DNA of 64,000 bases. It comes from Chitinophaga pinensis (GTDB lineage Bacteria; Bacteroidota; Bacteroidia; UBA7662; JAIXUI01). Under the pieces are notes generated by a model. That model made no database searches, had not been told where the DNA came from, and saw only the letters and a list, made by a program, of their open reading frames with translations. Location of the stretch: the NCBI GenBank assembly GCA_943373175.1, contig CALSBM010000005.1:9889-73888 (forward strand), given 5' to 3'. Position numbers and translations under genes: made by a program. Shown here one piece after another: positions 18,597-28,320 of the stretch; the stretch's first letter is position 1, and each line of letters starts with the position of its first letter.

Positions 18597-18950
18597 ATGA
18601 ACAGTGACAACACCGCCATCCAGATGCGCAAGGGGATTCTTGAATATTGCATCCTCTTAATCATTTCACGCGGAGAGGTGTATGCTTCAGATTTGCTCGA
18701 CGAGCTTAAAACTGCCAGAATGTTAGTCGTAGAAGGCACCATGTATCCCTTACTCAACAGACTACATCGTGCCGGAACGCTGAGCTATACCTGGAAAGAA
18801 TCTCCCTCCGGCCCTCCCCGAAAGTACTACACCCTTACAGAGCCCGGCCTCTGTTTTCTTGCTGAACTTACCTCAACTTGGAACGATATCGATTCCTCCA
18901 TCAGGCTAATTATGGCCCATCAACCTAAGAAAGATGAACAAAACGCATAA
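18597..18950 (+). CDS. PadR family transcriptional regulator
   Basis: QMRKGILEYCIL, EGTMYPLLNRL and W.ES.SGPPRKYY.LT. Confidence 0.95.
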   Translation: MNSDNTAIQMRKGILEYCILLIISRGEVYASDLLDELKTARMLVVEGTMYPLLNRLHRAGTLSYTWKESPSGPPRKYYTLTEPGLCFLAELTSTWNDIDSSIRLIMAHQPKKDEQNA

Positions 18951-20775
18951 CATCAACTTGGCCGGAATGGTCTTTACCATTGACGAACTGGCGTATGCTC
19001 AACTAGCTCACTACCTAGAATCGGTCAAACAGTTCTTTGCCCGCTACGAAGACAGCCGTGAAATAGTTTCGGATATTGAAAATAGAATTGCCGAAAAACT
19101 TCGCACTTTGCTTGAAAGAGACGACCGACAGGTCGTGATGGAAGAAGACATCCAAGCAGTGATTGCTGAGATGGGGACAGCCAGGGATTTCGAAGCATTT
19201 GAAGAACCTGAAACCAGCAATGCAACAGATACAATTTTCGAAGAGCGTGCTGAAAATTCTCCACAGGAAGAAGAGTTTCGCCCACATTTACGATTGACCC
19301 GTGTTAAGCGTAATGCTCTCGTGGGTGGGGTTTCTGCTGGACTTTCAAACTACCTCAGTACCGAAGTCTGGATAATCCGGTTGATCTTTCTTATAAGTGC
19401 CTTCTTTTTCGGAACTGGATTGCTGGCTTATCTGGCACTTTGGATATCCTTGCCTGATGGAGACAAACTGCCTGAATCACAACGAATCATTGGGGTAGAA
19501 CGTAGTCAAAAACTCTATCGCAATGCCGACGACATGGTTCTCGGAGGCGTTGCAAGCGGGATGGCCGCTTACTTCTCCATAGACCCTGTTATCATCCGTT
19601 TGCTTTTCTTCATCAGTTTACTCAGCGGAGGAATAGGTTTCGTTGTTTATAGCTTACTATGGTTGAGTTTGCCAAAAGCAAAAACCTTAGTAGAACGTGT
19701 GGAAATGAAAGGACAAAAAGCCAACTTAGAAACCATTGAAGCCGAAGTAAAAGGACAGCAACAAGAAAAATCTGAGAAGGACAGTTCTGTGCTCATCAAA
19801 ATCATCACTTTCCCAGTAAAGGTGTTGGAAGTAATCCTTAGATGGATAAGCCAAAACATGGGAGGGTTATTTAAAGGCGGATTTCAGGTAGTTAAGCTGG
19901 CTCTAGGATTATTCTTTACTGCCTTTGGTAGCCTTACCACTTTAGCGTTACTAATCGCGCTGGGTGCAATATTCATGTTTTCATCCGGCTTTATTAATGG
20001 AGGAAACCTGCCCGAAGAGGTAAGGAATTTTTCCGGTTCTAATTCCTACGACGCATTCATTGCAATATGTGGATTCGCAGTAATTGCTATTCCTTTTTGC
20101 TTGATAGGAATCACCGGATTCAGAATGTTGACCCAGAAAAAAGTATTTGGCGCCGGTTATGGCAGATGGATGCTGTTTACTTGGATAATAATGCTGATTC
20201 TATCCGTATTCAACCTCTTATTCATGCTTAATGCATTCAGTAAAGTAGGGCAGGACGCTCAAACCCATAACATATCCTATCCTTCGAAGGGAGTTCTCAG
20301 GATTGAATCACCCAACTACCAAGATTCTGGCTATGATGCCTATAGCTTCCGTATCAGCCCTATAAACGATACAGCCTTGAAAGTGGAACAGCTCCGGTTA
20401 TCAAGAGGAAAAAGCAGGGAGCAAGCGGAATACTTCGCCAAGTTCGTTACTCAGAAATTCGTTTTGAAAGATTCTGTTCTTTCCATTGAATCAACGTTGG
20501 GTCAAAAAGGGCTCAACACATTTCGTGCAGCCGAAATGAAAACGAAAATCATGATACCTTACGATAAGCGCTTTATCTTAAATGAAAATATCATCCATCA
20601 TTTAAACGGTGAGAGCTTAATTGACACCTTTTACAACGATGAGCTTATCGAAAAAACACTTGTTTTTGCTTCCGATGGGGTTCGATGCTTGAATTGTGAC
20701 CCATCCCGCTTGATTCAGGACAGAGCTGCTGAAGAAGCCAGAAGACTCGAAGAAGAAGCAAACGAAGAGCAATAA
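18934..20775 (+). CDS. PspC-domain membrane protein
   Basis: N-terminal INL.G.VF.IDE.AY..L..YL; two PspC repeats (GGVSAGLS.YL and GGVASGMA.YF.ID); further TM helices. Confidence 0.9.
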   Translation: MNKTHNINLAGMVFTIDELAYAQLAHYLESVKQFFARYEDSREIVSDIENRIAEKLRTLLERDDRQVVMEEDIQAVIAEMGTARDFEAFEEPETSNATDTIFEERAENSPQEEEFRPHLRLTRVKRNALVGGVSAGLSNYLSTEVWIIRLIFLISAFFFGTGLLAYLALWISLPDGDKLPESQRIIGVERSQKLYRNADDMVLGGVASGMAAYFSIDPVIIRLLFFISLLSGGIGFVVYSLLWLSLPKAKTLVERVEMKGQKANLETIEAEVKGQQQEKSEKDSSVLIKIITFPVKVLEVILRWISQNMGGLFKGGFQVVKLALGLFFTAFGSLTTLALLIALGAIFMFSSGFINGGNLPEEVRNFSGSNSYDAFIAICGFAVIAIPFCLIGITGFRMLTQKKVFGAGYGRWMLFTWIIMLILSVFNLLFMLNAFSKVGQDAQTHNISYPSKGVLRIESPNYQDSGYDAYSFRISPINDTALKVEQLRLSRGKSREQAEYFAKFVTQKFVLKDSVLSIESTLGQKGLNTFRAAEMKTKIMIPYDKRFILNENIIHHLNGESLIDTFYNDELIEKTLVFASDGVRCLNCDPSRLIQDRAAEEARRLEEEANEEQ

Positions 20776-20814
20776 GCGACCGAATCCCTTAGCTTTGCGG
20801 CACTCCTAATCATT

Positions 20815-21942
20815 ATGACGGAAAAGACGCCAACCAGCCAGGATTTTGATTCCCTTTCAGTGTTTGAGTTCCTTTGGAAGTGGAAAAGTCAAATTGCTTT
20901 AGTTTGTGTGGCAGCCGCAGCAGCGGCTGCCCTTTTTTCATCTTCGCTCTTTGTTAAACCCAAATACCGCTCTTCGGTTATTTTTTATCCATCTACAACC
21001 AACTCTATCTCAAAAGCTCTTTTAAATAACGGTGGAGTTGAGCAGGATCCTCTTGCCTTTGGGGCGGAAGAACACGCAGAGCAGTTAATTCAAATATTAC
21101 AAAGCGATGTAATTCGGGACGAAATTGTTCGAAAATTCAACCTGATGACTCATTATGATATCGACGAAAGCTCGCCTTATCGTAATGCGATACTGACCAG
21201 GCAATACGAAGGAAATATCATTTTCAAACGTACGGAATATATGTCGGTTGTGATTGAAGTGTTAGACACCGACCCTAAAATGGCCGCTGATATTGCGAAC
21301 GAAATTGCCCGTTTATTGGATCTCACTAAGAATAAAATACAAAAGGAAAAGGCTGAAAAGTCGTTTACAATCGTCAATCAACAGTATGTTCAGAAGCAGC
21401 GAGAAGTCGAAAAGCTCAACGACTCGCTTAATTTCTTCCGCTCGCTTGGGCTATTCGACTATCAGCTTCAAACAGAATACATGACGAAGGAGTTGATCCA
21501 AGCTACCACAGTTGAAAGTAGCGAAACTGCACGTTTGGAAGTTCTCAGAGCTTCAAATATGTCAGAGTCTGACACTTCAATCATCAATTCCAGGGCAAGG
21601 CTTTCGGGTGCACGTCAAACGTTGAAAGCACTCGGATTCAAACAACAACAGCTTGCTATGTATGGAGGTGCATTCAATTCTGTAAGGGCTCAACTCGATG
21701 AAGAAATTGTAGAGCTCAACCGTTTACTCAATCTATATCAGAGGTCGAAAGTGGATGCCACTGAAGTATTGCCGGTGAAATTCGTTGTAAATTATGCCAA
21801 AGCAGCAGAGAAGAAAGCTTATCCTATCCGTTGGCTCATAGTTCTCCTTTCTACGGTAGGCGCATTTCTTTTAGGCATAATAGTGTTGGTTTCTTTGGAA
21901 AACTATCGATTCCTAAAACTAAAGCAAGCAAAAACCGAATAA
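20815..21942 (+). CDS. Wzz-like chain-length determinant / polysaccharide co-polymerase
   Basis: N- and C-terminal TM helices, P.Y.S motif, D.DP.MAADIAN, coiled coil and KKAYP.R; -7 box TAGCTTTG at 20790-20797. Confidence 0.85.
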   Translation: MTEKTPTSQDFDSLSVFEFLWKWKSQIALVCVAAAAAAALFSSSLFVKPKYRSSVIFYPSTTNSISKALLNNGGVEQDPLAFGAEEHAEQLIQILQSDVIRDEIVRKFNLMTHYDIDESSPYRNAILTRQYEGNIIFKRTEYMSVVIEVLDTDPKMAADIANEIARLLDLTKNKIQKEKAEKSFTIVNQQYVQKQREVEKLNDSLNFFRSLGLFDYQLQTEYMTKELIQATTVESSETARLEVLRASNMSESDTSIINSRARLSGARQTLKALGFKQQQLAMYGGAFNSVRAQLDEEIVELNRLLNLYQRSKVDATEVLPVKFVVNYAKAAEKKAYPIRWLIVLLSTVGAFLLGIIVLVSLENYRFLKLKQAKTE

Positions 21943-21945
21943 TCG

Positions 21946-23394
21946 GTGAAAACCCTAAATAAGAAAACATTCTGGGCTCTCGGTTTAGGATACGGAGTAC
22001 TTAATGGAATATTAATTAGCGAAGAGTTTTACTTTTTCCCGCTGATAACCGGAGTTTTGTTTTTGGCCTATCTTGCTTTCTTTAATCTGGAGTTTCTATT
22101 CTTCCTCATCACATTTCTTACACCTATATCCATTCTATTCGACTATAAAGACCTTGGAATATCGTTTACATTGCCAACAGAACCCATACTGTTTGGGTTA
22201 ATGGTTTTTTTCTGGTTGAAGGTGATTATTACCGGGCATATCGATCGAAAGCTATTACTCCATCCACTTACAGTATGTATTGGAATCCATTTATCTTGGA
22301 TGGGATTGACCATTTTTAGCAGTAGTGATCCATTAATTTCATTAAAATTCTTTTTGTCTAATCTTTGGTTTATTACCGTTTTCTACATGATTGGTGCTGA
22401 AGTATTTCGAAAACGAGCGAATATTCAGAAGTTCTTTTGGGTTTATATGATTCCGCTTGCTTTTGTATGCATTTATACCCTTATCAGGCATGCGAAATAT
22501 TTTTTCTCTCACGTGGTTTCCAGTGAGGTAATGCAACCCTTTATCGAAAATCACGCTATTTATGGGGCAGTATTGGCAATTGTCTTGTGCTTTTTGGCAG
22601 TCAATTTATTCCAGATTCGTTACTTCAGTGAGAAACCATTGCTAGTAGTTATCGTGGCAATTTTCTTTTTACACTTCGGAATTGCAATAATCTTTTCCTA
22701 CACAAGGGCTGCATGGCTCAGTTTGGCCGCTGCTTTTGGATTTTTTTTATTGCTGAAATTCAGAATAAACTACTTCAGTCTTCTATTTATACTCTCGTTT
22801 GTTGGGTTAGGTTTTATTCTTTTTCAGGATCGAATTTTACTCGAGTTGAATCAAAATGAAACCGATTCATCAACCAAATTAAACAAGCACGTTCAGTCTA
22901 TTTCGAATATCAAAACAGACGCTTCCAATCTGGAGCGGCTTAATCGCTGGGCTTGTGCAATCAGGATGTTCAAAGAACGTCCATTATTGGGATGGGGTCC
23001 TGGGACTTATTTTAAGATGTACGCTCCATTTCAAAAGCCACACGAGAAAACCATCATTAGCACAAATGCTGGAGATGTTGGTGGTGTACATAGTGAATAT
23101 TTGGGCCCGTTAGTTGAAACAGGAGTTCCAGGTTTCCTTATTTTCATAGGCTTAGTGCTTACTATTTTAAGAAGAGGAATGCGGTTAGTATTAGAAGGAA
23201 AAAGTCCCTTTACCCGTTCTACAGCCTTGTATTTATTGCTTGGTCTTATTACCTATCTAAGCCATGGATTCCTGAACAATTATTTAGATATAGACAAAAC
23301 AGCATCTCTTTTCTGGGCTTCTCTTGGCGGTTTAGCTGCACTTGATATCTTCCATAATCAGAAAGAAGAAGTATGTACAGATGATGGGCACTAA
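21946..23394 (+). CDS. O-antigen ligase family (Wzy_C) protein
   Basis: Polytopic protein; SYTRAAW, SN.ER..RW...F..RPLLGWGPG and HSEYL..LVETG..G. Confidence 0.9.
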   Translation: MKTLNKKTFWALGLGYGVLNGILISEEFYFFPLITGVLFLAYLAFFNLEFLFFLITFLTPISILFDYKDLGISFTLPTEPILFGLMVFFWLKVIITGHIDRKLLLHPLTVCIGIHLSWMGLTIFSSSDPLISLKFFLSNLWFITVFYMIGAEVFRKRANIQKFFWVYMIPLAFVCIYTLIRHAKYFFSHVVSSEVMQPFIENHAIYGAVLAIVLCFLAVNLFQIRYFSEKPLLVVIVAIFFLHFGIAIIFSYTRAAWLSLAAAFGFFLLLKFRINYFSLLFILSFVGLGFILFQDRILLELNQNETDSSTKLNKHVQSISNIKTDASNLERLNRWACAIRMFKERPLLGWGPGTYFKMYAPFQKPHEKTIISTNAGDVGGVHSEYLGPLVETGVPGFLIFIGLVLTILRRGMRLVLEGKSPFTRSTALYLLLGLITYLSHGFLNNYLDIDKTASLFWASLGGLAALDIFHNQKEEVCTDDGH

Positions 23395-23415
23395 TTGTGT
23401 TCAATTAACGTGTAC

Positions 23416-24564
23416 TTACTTATTCCACTGTATTGAGAGGATGCTTAAATCGTCTTCGTGGTGGTCTGAAAGTGTAAATTGCATCAATTCTTTGAGCACT
23501 AATTGATTAAAATCACCCGCTTGTTTTATTTGCATCTTACTATCTAACAAAGGCAACCAATCCGTGACTTGAAGCATCTGGCCTTGTAAATTGGTGGCCT
23601 CAGAGAGCCCGTCGGAAAAAAGGCAAAAACGTAAAGGAGGTTTTAATGTCATCTCCTGCGGATTTACAAATGGCAACTCCTGAAAACATCCAAGCAAGGT
23701 AGTACCCCCGTTTAACTCCTGATAGCCTTCTGGAGTTTGAAGAACTGGCGGCACAGTTCCAGCATTGATGTAACGCAATAAGCCAGTTCTAATCGATAAA
23801 GTAGCAATGAAAAGTGTTACAAACCGATCTCCATTCGTAGCCTTGTAAAAACGAGCATTTAGCTCCCTAATCAAAGCTTCTAAATCATGCGCGACAGGAA
23901 CTAACGCATGCAAATGTGCCTGCAAATTGGCTCTAAGCAATGCGGCAGGAAGGCCCTTCCCACTGACATCACCAAGCAAGAACAGCCATTCTCCCTCCCT
24001 CAGTGACATGATATCAGCGTAATCGCCAGTTAGTACAGAGCGTGGTTTCATGTGCACAGCGGCAGAGAACTCTTCGCCTGTAGGCAAAGTAGGAGAAACC
24101 ATTACTTGTTGAATTTGGCTGGCTAACTCAAGCTCATGGCTTAGTAAACGTCTTTCTTCCTGCTGTTTGAGCATTTCCCGGCTGTACAAACCTACAACCA
24201 GCATATTGGTTACCCCTTGTAGATGTGATACTGAATATTCTGAAGATGGAACCTGATAAAGCAACCTTGCTAACACTAAGTTGTAATGACGAATGGTTAG
24301 CATGTGTGTAAAGGGCTCTAAATGGACAGGCTGGAAATCCAGAACCGATGGATGAGCGCTAAAATCAGTATCTGGACAAGTTCCACCTCGTCCAAATCGC
24401 GACCACTTATGGCCATTATGATAATTAAGGCAAAATACAGGAACCTGAAATAAGTCTTCTAAAATGTAAGCATACAGCTCTGTAAGTACTTTCTCGGAAA
24501 AATTCTGACCCAATGCCTGAGCCAGTTGAACAACTCCATCTAACCTTGCAGCGTAATCAGACAT
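23416..24564 (-). CDS. PP2C/SpoIIE (RsbU-like) Ser/Thr phosphatase
   Basis: ELELASQIQ, GDYAD, GDVSGKGLPAALL, RFVTLF, YINAG, FSDGLSEA and DDLS; start taken at MSDY. Confidence 0.9.
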   Translation of the reverse strand: MSDYAARLDGVVQLAQALGQNFSEKVLTELYAYILEDLFQVPVFCLNYHNGHKWSRFGRGGTCPDTDFSAHPSVLDFQPVHLEPFTHMLTIRHYNLVLARLLYQVPSSEYSVSHLQGVTNMLVVGLYSREMLKQQEERRLLSHELELASQIQQVMVSPTLPTGEEFSAAVHMKPRSVLTGDYADIMSLREGEWLFLLGDVSGKGLPAALLRANLQAHLHALVPVAHDLEALIRELNARFYKATNGDRFVTLFIATLSIRTGLLRYINAGTVPPVLQTPEGYQELNGGTTLLGCFQELPFVNPQEMTLKPPLRFCLFSDGLSEATNLQGQMLQVTDWLPLLDSKMQIKQAGDFNQLVLKELMQFTLSDHHEDDLSILSIQWNK

Positions 24565-24838
24565 GTAACCAAAGTAACCCCTTTCGAGTATTGAGAAAGG
24601 CGCTTTCTTTAAATTTTGTTTCTTCAAAAGGAGTGACCCTTATGAACTCTTTATGTTCAGGGGCAAAGAAAAGCTGATCTACCAATCCTTCCTCGATAAG
24701 GTGTTTCAGCACGAGGAACAAGTGAGCTTCGGGCATGGAACATTTTCTTTCTAATTCCAACCACTCAATCAAAAAATACATCTCATCCATCACTTGAATC
24801 ATCAAGCCTTCATCGGGCGGTGTCGTCGGCCTTTCCAT
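24557..24838 (-). CDS. Small hypothetical protein (possible winged-helix-like)
   Basis: DEMYF...L..LIEEGLV...T.KGLL.. pattern; overlaps both neighbours; start uncertain. Confidence 0.6.
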   Translation of the reverse strand: MERPTTPPDEGLMIQVMDEMYFLIEWLELERKCSMPEAHLFLVLKHLIEEGLVDQLFFAPEHKEFIRVTPFEETKFKESAFLNTRKGLLWLHV

Positions 24839-25935
24839 TGATAAAAACTAAAGTTACCAAGGAGACCAACAACGAGCACATAAGGCAGATAAAAAACCTG
24901 AACCAAAGAGAGCCATTTCAGTGAGTTCCTCAAGCCATAGAATTCAGAAACGGATCTTAAAAACCAGCCATCCACCGTCCATTTTACTAACCAAAGCACT
25001 AAAGCAATTAACCAGTGTCCAGCCATAGCTAAGCACACAACAAGAGCAAGATAAATCCAGACGGAAGCTAAAATCAAAGTGATATCCTTTCTTGAGTAAC
25101 GGCCGCTTTTACTTATCCATCTCAATCGTTGATTAAGGAGTTCTTGAAAAGTCTTACAAGCCTGTGTTTCAACTATTGCACCCTTCTTCAAGCAAAAAGA
25201 AATCTTGTACCCTTTCGATAAAAACTGGTGCATCAACAAATCATCGTCGCCGCTCGCCAATTGCTGATGAGCTTTAAAGCCATCCACCTTTAGCCATGCC
25301 TCCCTTTTATACATCCAATTGGCTCCATTTACTATAACAGGATTTCTCAGTTCTATACATGATGCGCCAATAGCATTAAGACTCATAAACTCAAGAGATT
25401 GAAGGCGCTCAAACCAATTGAAAGCCTTCAACAGCACAGGACCTGACACCACGTCTGCATTTTCGGCTTCCGCAACTTTAAGCATATCCAACAACCAAAA
25501 TGGATTCATGCTGCAATCAGCATCGGTACAAACTATCCATTCTTTAACTGTGGATAGAACACCTAGTGTCAAGGCTGCTTTTTTACCTTCAAAATCCGGT
25601 GTGGTACGCAATAGCTTCCAACTTTTACGAACTTTAATTGCATTTTCTATCAACAGCTCGGAGCTATCCTCACTTTGGTCATTAATCCAGATAACTTCTA
25701 AGTCAATACCGGTTAAAATCAACTGGTCAATAGAATCTATTAAGAAGGGTAAATGCTTTGATTCATTGCGAAAAGGAATCAATAAAGCTAAAGAATGAAC
25801 AGCATCCTTATTGTTACTGACAGGTGCTAGTTCGGAGCGTTTTGTGAGTTTTCGCCAGCCTTTAGCAAAAAAAAGCACTAGAATAGCGTAACCAAAAGCA
25901 AAAATAGCTGTAGTTACTCCCAAGACCATAACCAA
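24802..25935 (-). CDS. Glycosyltransferase family 2 (membrane-bound)
   Basis: LIPFRNE, NDQSED, GKKAAL, TDADC, SGDDD and QRLRW (QxxRW); C-terminal TM helices. Confidence 0.92.
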   Translation of the reverse strand: MVMVLGVTTAIFAFGYAILVLFFAKGWRKLTKRSELAPVSNNKDAVHSLALLIPFRNESKHLPFLIDSIDQLILTGIDLEVIWINDQSEDSSELLIENAIKVRKSWKLLRTTPDFEGKKAALTLGVLSTVKEWIVCTDADCSMNPFWLLDMLKVAEAENADVVSGPVLLKAFNWFERLQSLEFMSLNAIGASCIELRNPVIVNGANWMYKREAWLKVDGFKAHQQLASGDDDLLMHQFLSKGYKISFCLKKGAIVETQACKTFQELLNQRLRWISKSGRYSRKDITLILASVWIYLALVVCLAMAGHWLIALVLWLVKWTVDGWFLRSVSEFYGLRNSLKWLSLVQVFYLPYVLVVGLLGNFSFYQWKGRRHRPMKA

Positions 25936-26798
25936 CCAACTACTAATCCCACTGTCGAAGGAACTATCAAATTAAAAAACCATAGTAAAAAAGCCCAACT
26001 GGCGACTGAAGCTACATCAACGCCGAATGGGTCAAAAATCCAAAATAGAACAGAAGTGCGTAGCCCAAAATCCAGAATCGGTAGAACAGGAACAGCAAAT
26101 TGTAAAGAGAAAGAAAGCAAAATAAGCGGGATAAATACCTGATAAGATGGCAAAAACAAACTAGGACTAAGCCTCAATCCCAGATACAGAATAGCCGCAT
26201 ATATAACATAACGCAACATAGAAAGTAGTAGCAAAAAGTAACCTGCCCTAGGATGCAATATCCATTTTCCCCAACCTTTTCTTTCATGTTCAGAAGGTTT
26301 AAGAAGAAAAAAAACTACAATGAAACTCGTAAAAACAAATATTAACAAGAAAACCGGAGAATTGCCAAGCAGGTATTCTCTAAAGGCGTATGTTAACAAC
26401 CCCCAATGCCAAATTGCAGACCACTGCCAAAATGTTGCTTGAACAACCAACTTCCATTGTTGCTCTTTCAAAGAATCTGGAAGATGGAGTACTCTAGCCG
26501 CTATAGAACCAACACCCCCAGGCATAAACACAGAAACGCTCCATCCCGCCCCTACAGAACGAATTGCTTTAACAAAATCAAAATCATCATGCGCCACATG
26601 TATCTTCCATCTAAAGGCTTCAATGCTCCAACCGACAAGACTTCCAAGCATTAAAACTGCAATAGTCTTCCCTGAGAGAAAACCCAAATTTTGAAAAAGT
26701 AAGTTCCAATTTAAATGCCTATTCATATAAAAAAGGAAGGCTGCCGATATCGTTATCTTCAGGCTCAATAAAGCCACTATCTTTAACTTACCCTTCAT
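25914..26798 (-). CDS. Lysylphosphatidylglycerol synthase TM-domain (flippase-like) protein
   Basis: Polytopic protein; W.IEA.RW, PGG.G...AR, G.R and LW..NL..P...G patterns; start taken at MKGK. Confidence 0.7.
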   Translation of the reverse strand: MKGKLKIVALLSLKITISAAFLFYMNRHLNWNLLFQNLGFLSGKTIAVLMLGSLVGWSIEAFRWKIHVAHDDFDFVKAIRSVGAGWSVSVFMPGGVGSIAARVLHLPDSLKEQQWKLVVQATFWQWSAIWHWGLLTYAFREYLLGNSPVFLLIFVFTSFIVVFFLLKPSEHERKGWGKWILHPRAGYFLLLLSMLRYVIYAAILYLGLRLSPSLFLPSYQVFIPLILLSFSLQFAVPVLPILDFGLRTSVLFWIFDPFGVDVASVASWAFLLWFFNLIVPSTVGLVVGWLWSWE

Positions 26799-26810
26799 AC
26801 AGAACGCAAG

Positions 26811-27380
26811 TTGGCACAAAAATCCACAGAAAAAATCATTTTAGGAATAGACCCCGGAACTACTCACATGGGATATGCCCTGATTGAAGTAAAGGGGAAA
26901 GTGTGTAAAGTACTAACTCTTGGTGCATTAAACCTCAGTAAAGTCTCAGGTCAACCCAATAAACTTAAAAGAATCTTTGAGAAAGTTATCAATTTGATTG
27001 ACGAATATTTTCCAGATGAACTGGCGATAGAAGCCCCATTCTTCGGCAAAAATGTTCAATCCGTACTAAAATTAGGAAGAGCACAAGGAGTTGCCATGGC
27101 GGCAGCCCTATATCGGCAAATTCCATTAACAGAATATCAGCCAACCCAAGTAAAACTTGCCATAACGGGTAACGGTCAGGCAGCCAAAGAACAAGTTGCA
27201 GCTATGCTCGTTCATTTATTAGGGCAGAATTTAGATAAGGAAGGCTTAGATGCTACCGATGCTTTAGCAGTAGCCATGTGCCATTACCTTAAACAATCTC
27301 TACCACTTAACAGCAATAAAAACGTAAGCGGCAGTGGATGGAGTGCTTTTATCAAGGAAAATCCAAATAGGATTAAATAA
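26811..27380 (+). CDS. ruvC: Holliday junction resolvase RuvC
   Basis: ILGIDPG, AIEAPF, KLGRAQG, G.G.A.KEQV and DATDALAVA.CH. Confidence 0.97.
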   Translation: MAQKSTEKIILGIDPGTTHMGYALIEVKGKVCKVLTLGALNLSKVSGQPNKLKRIFEKVINLIDEYFPDELAIEAPFFGKNVQSVLKLGRAQGVAMAAALYRQIPLTEYQPTQVKLAITGNGQAAKEQVAAMLVHLLGQNLDKEGLDATDALAVAMCHYLKQSLPLNSNKNVSGSGWSAFIKENPNRIK

Positions 27381-27381
27381 C

Positions 27382-27774
27382 CTACAACTGCGAAGCTATA
27401 GCTTCCGCTATTGCTTTCATTTCATCGGTTGATACCTTCAATTTAGGTTTAGAGAAATCGATATCCGCCATGTTGTTCATTGGAATAAGATGAAGATGAG
27501 CATGAGGAACTTCGAATCCAATAACCGCTTGACCCACACGGCTACAGCCAGTCACTTTTTTAATTGATCGTGCTATTCGAGCAGCAAACACTTGCATGTC
27601 GCCTAACTTTTGATTTGAAAGATCAAAAAAATAGTCAATCTCTTCTTTAGGAACAACCAAAGTATGCCCTTTAGATAAAGGATTTACATCTAAAAATGCA
27701 TAGAAGTGCTCTGATTCAGCCACCGTATAGGAGGGAATTTCTCCATTAACAATTTTAGCAAAGATTGAAGCCAT
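27382..27774 (-). CDS. HIT family protein
   Basis: IF.KIV.GEIP, GHTLVVPK and histidine triad HAHLHLIP. Confidence 0.95.
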   Translation of the reverse strand: MASIFAKIVNGEIPSYTVAESEHFYAFLDVNPLSKGHTLVVPKEEIDYFFDLSNQKLGDMQVFAARIARSIKKVTGCSRVGQAVIGFEVPHAHLHLIPMNNMADIDFSKPKLKVSTDEMKAIAEAIASQL

Positions 27775-27777
27775 AAA

Positions 27778-28248
27778 TCAGGCAGTTATTTCCAAGATTT
27801 CAAACTTCATTTTACCGGATGGAACAGCAATTTCTGCTATTTCTCCAACCTTCCGGCCTAGGAAACCCTTACCGATTGGCGATCCGATTGATATTTTACC
27901 TAGTTTCAAATCAGCTTCCTTTTCAGAGACTAGGTGGTAACTCATCTCGACGTTGTTGAGTAAGTTTTTTACACGAACTTTGGTGTGTACAGTCACTTTT
28001 GAAGTATCTATTCTCGATTCGTCTAAAATTCTTGCATTAGCAAGCAGCGTCTCCAACTTTGAAATTTCCATTTCAAGTAGTCCTTGCGCTTCCTTGGCGG
28101 CATCATACTCTGCATTTTCCGACAAATCGCCTTTCTCGCGTGCTTCTTGAATTGCGCGAGCCATTTCAGACCGACCTTTAGTTCTTTTCTCTGAAAGCTC
28201 AGCCTTAAGTTTTTCGAGACCTTCCTTAGTGAAATATGATACGCTCAT
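27778..28248 (-). CDS. greA: Transcription elongation factor GreA
   Basis: AREKGDLSENAEYDAAKE and ISIGSPIGKG. Confidence 0.97.
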   Translation of the reverse strand: MSVSYFTKEGLEKLKAELSEKRTKGRSEMARAIQEAREKGDLSENAEYDAAKEAQGLLEMEISKLETLLANARILDESRIDTSKVTVHTKVRVKNLLNNVEMSYHLVSEKEADLKLGKISIGSPIGKGFLGRKVGEIAEIAVPSGKMKFEILEITA

Positions 28249-28262
28249 TTGTAAACTTGATT

Positions 28263-28297
28263 AAAAAACAAGGAACGCCCTTTTAAGGGGGCGTTCC
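28263..28297 (-). terminator. Rho-independent terminator of the TBDT-cargo-PorV operon
   Basis: GGAACGCCC...GGGCGTTCC hairpin followed by TTGTTTTTT on the minus strand. Confidence 0.8.
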
Positions 28298-28320
28298 GAG
28301 TGTAAAGATAAAGAAATAAA

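Noticed and set aside
22741-25874. T8 tracts in the ligase (22741-22748) and GT2 (25867-25874) as phase-variation switches
   Set aside because: They are short, encode Phe runs in TM helices, are expected in AT-rich genes, and both frames are intact.
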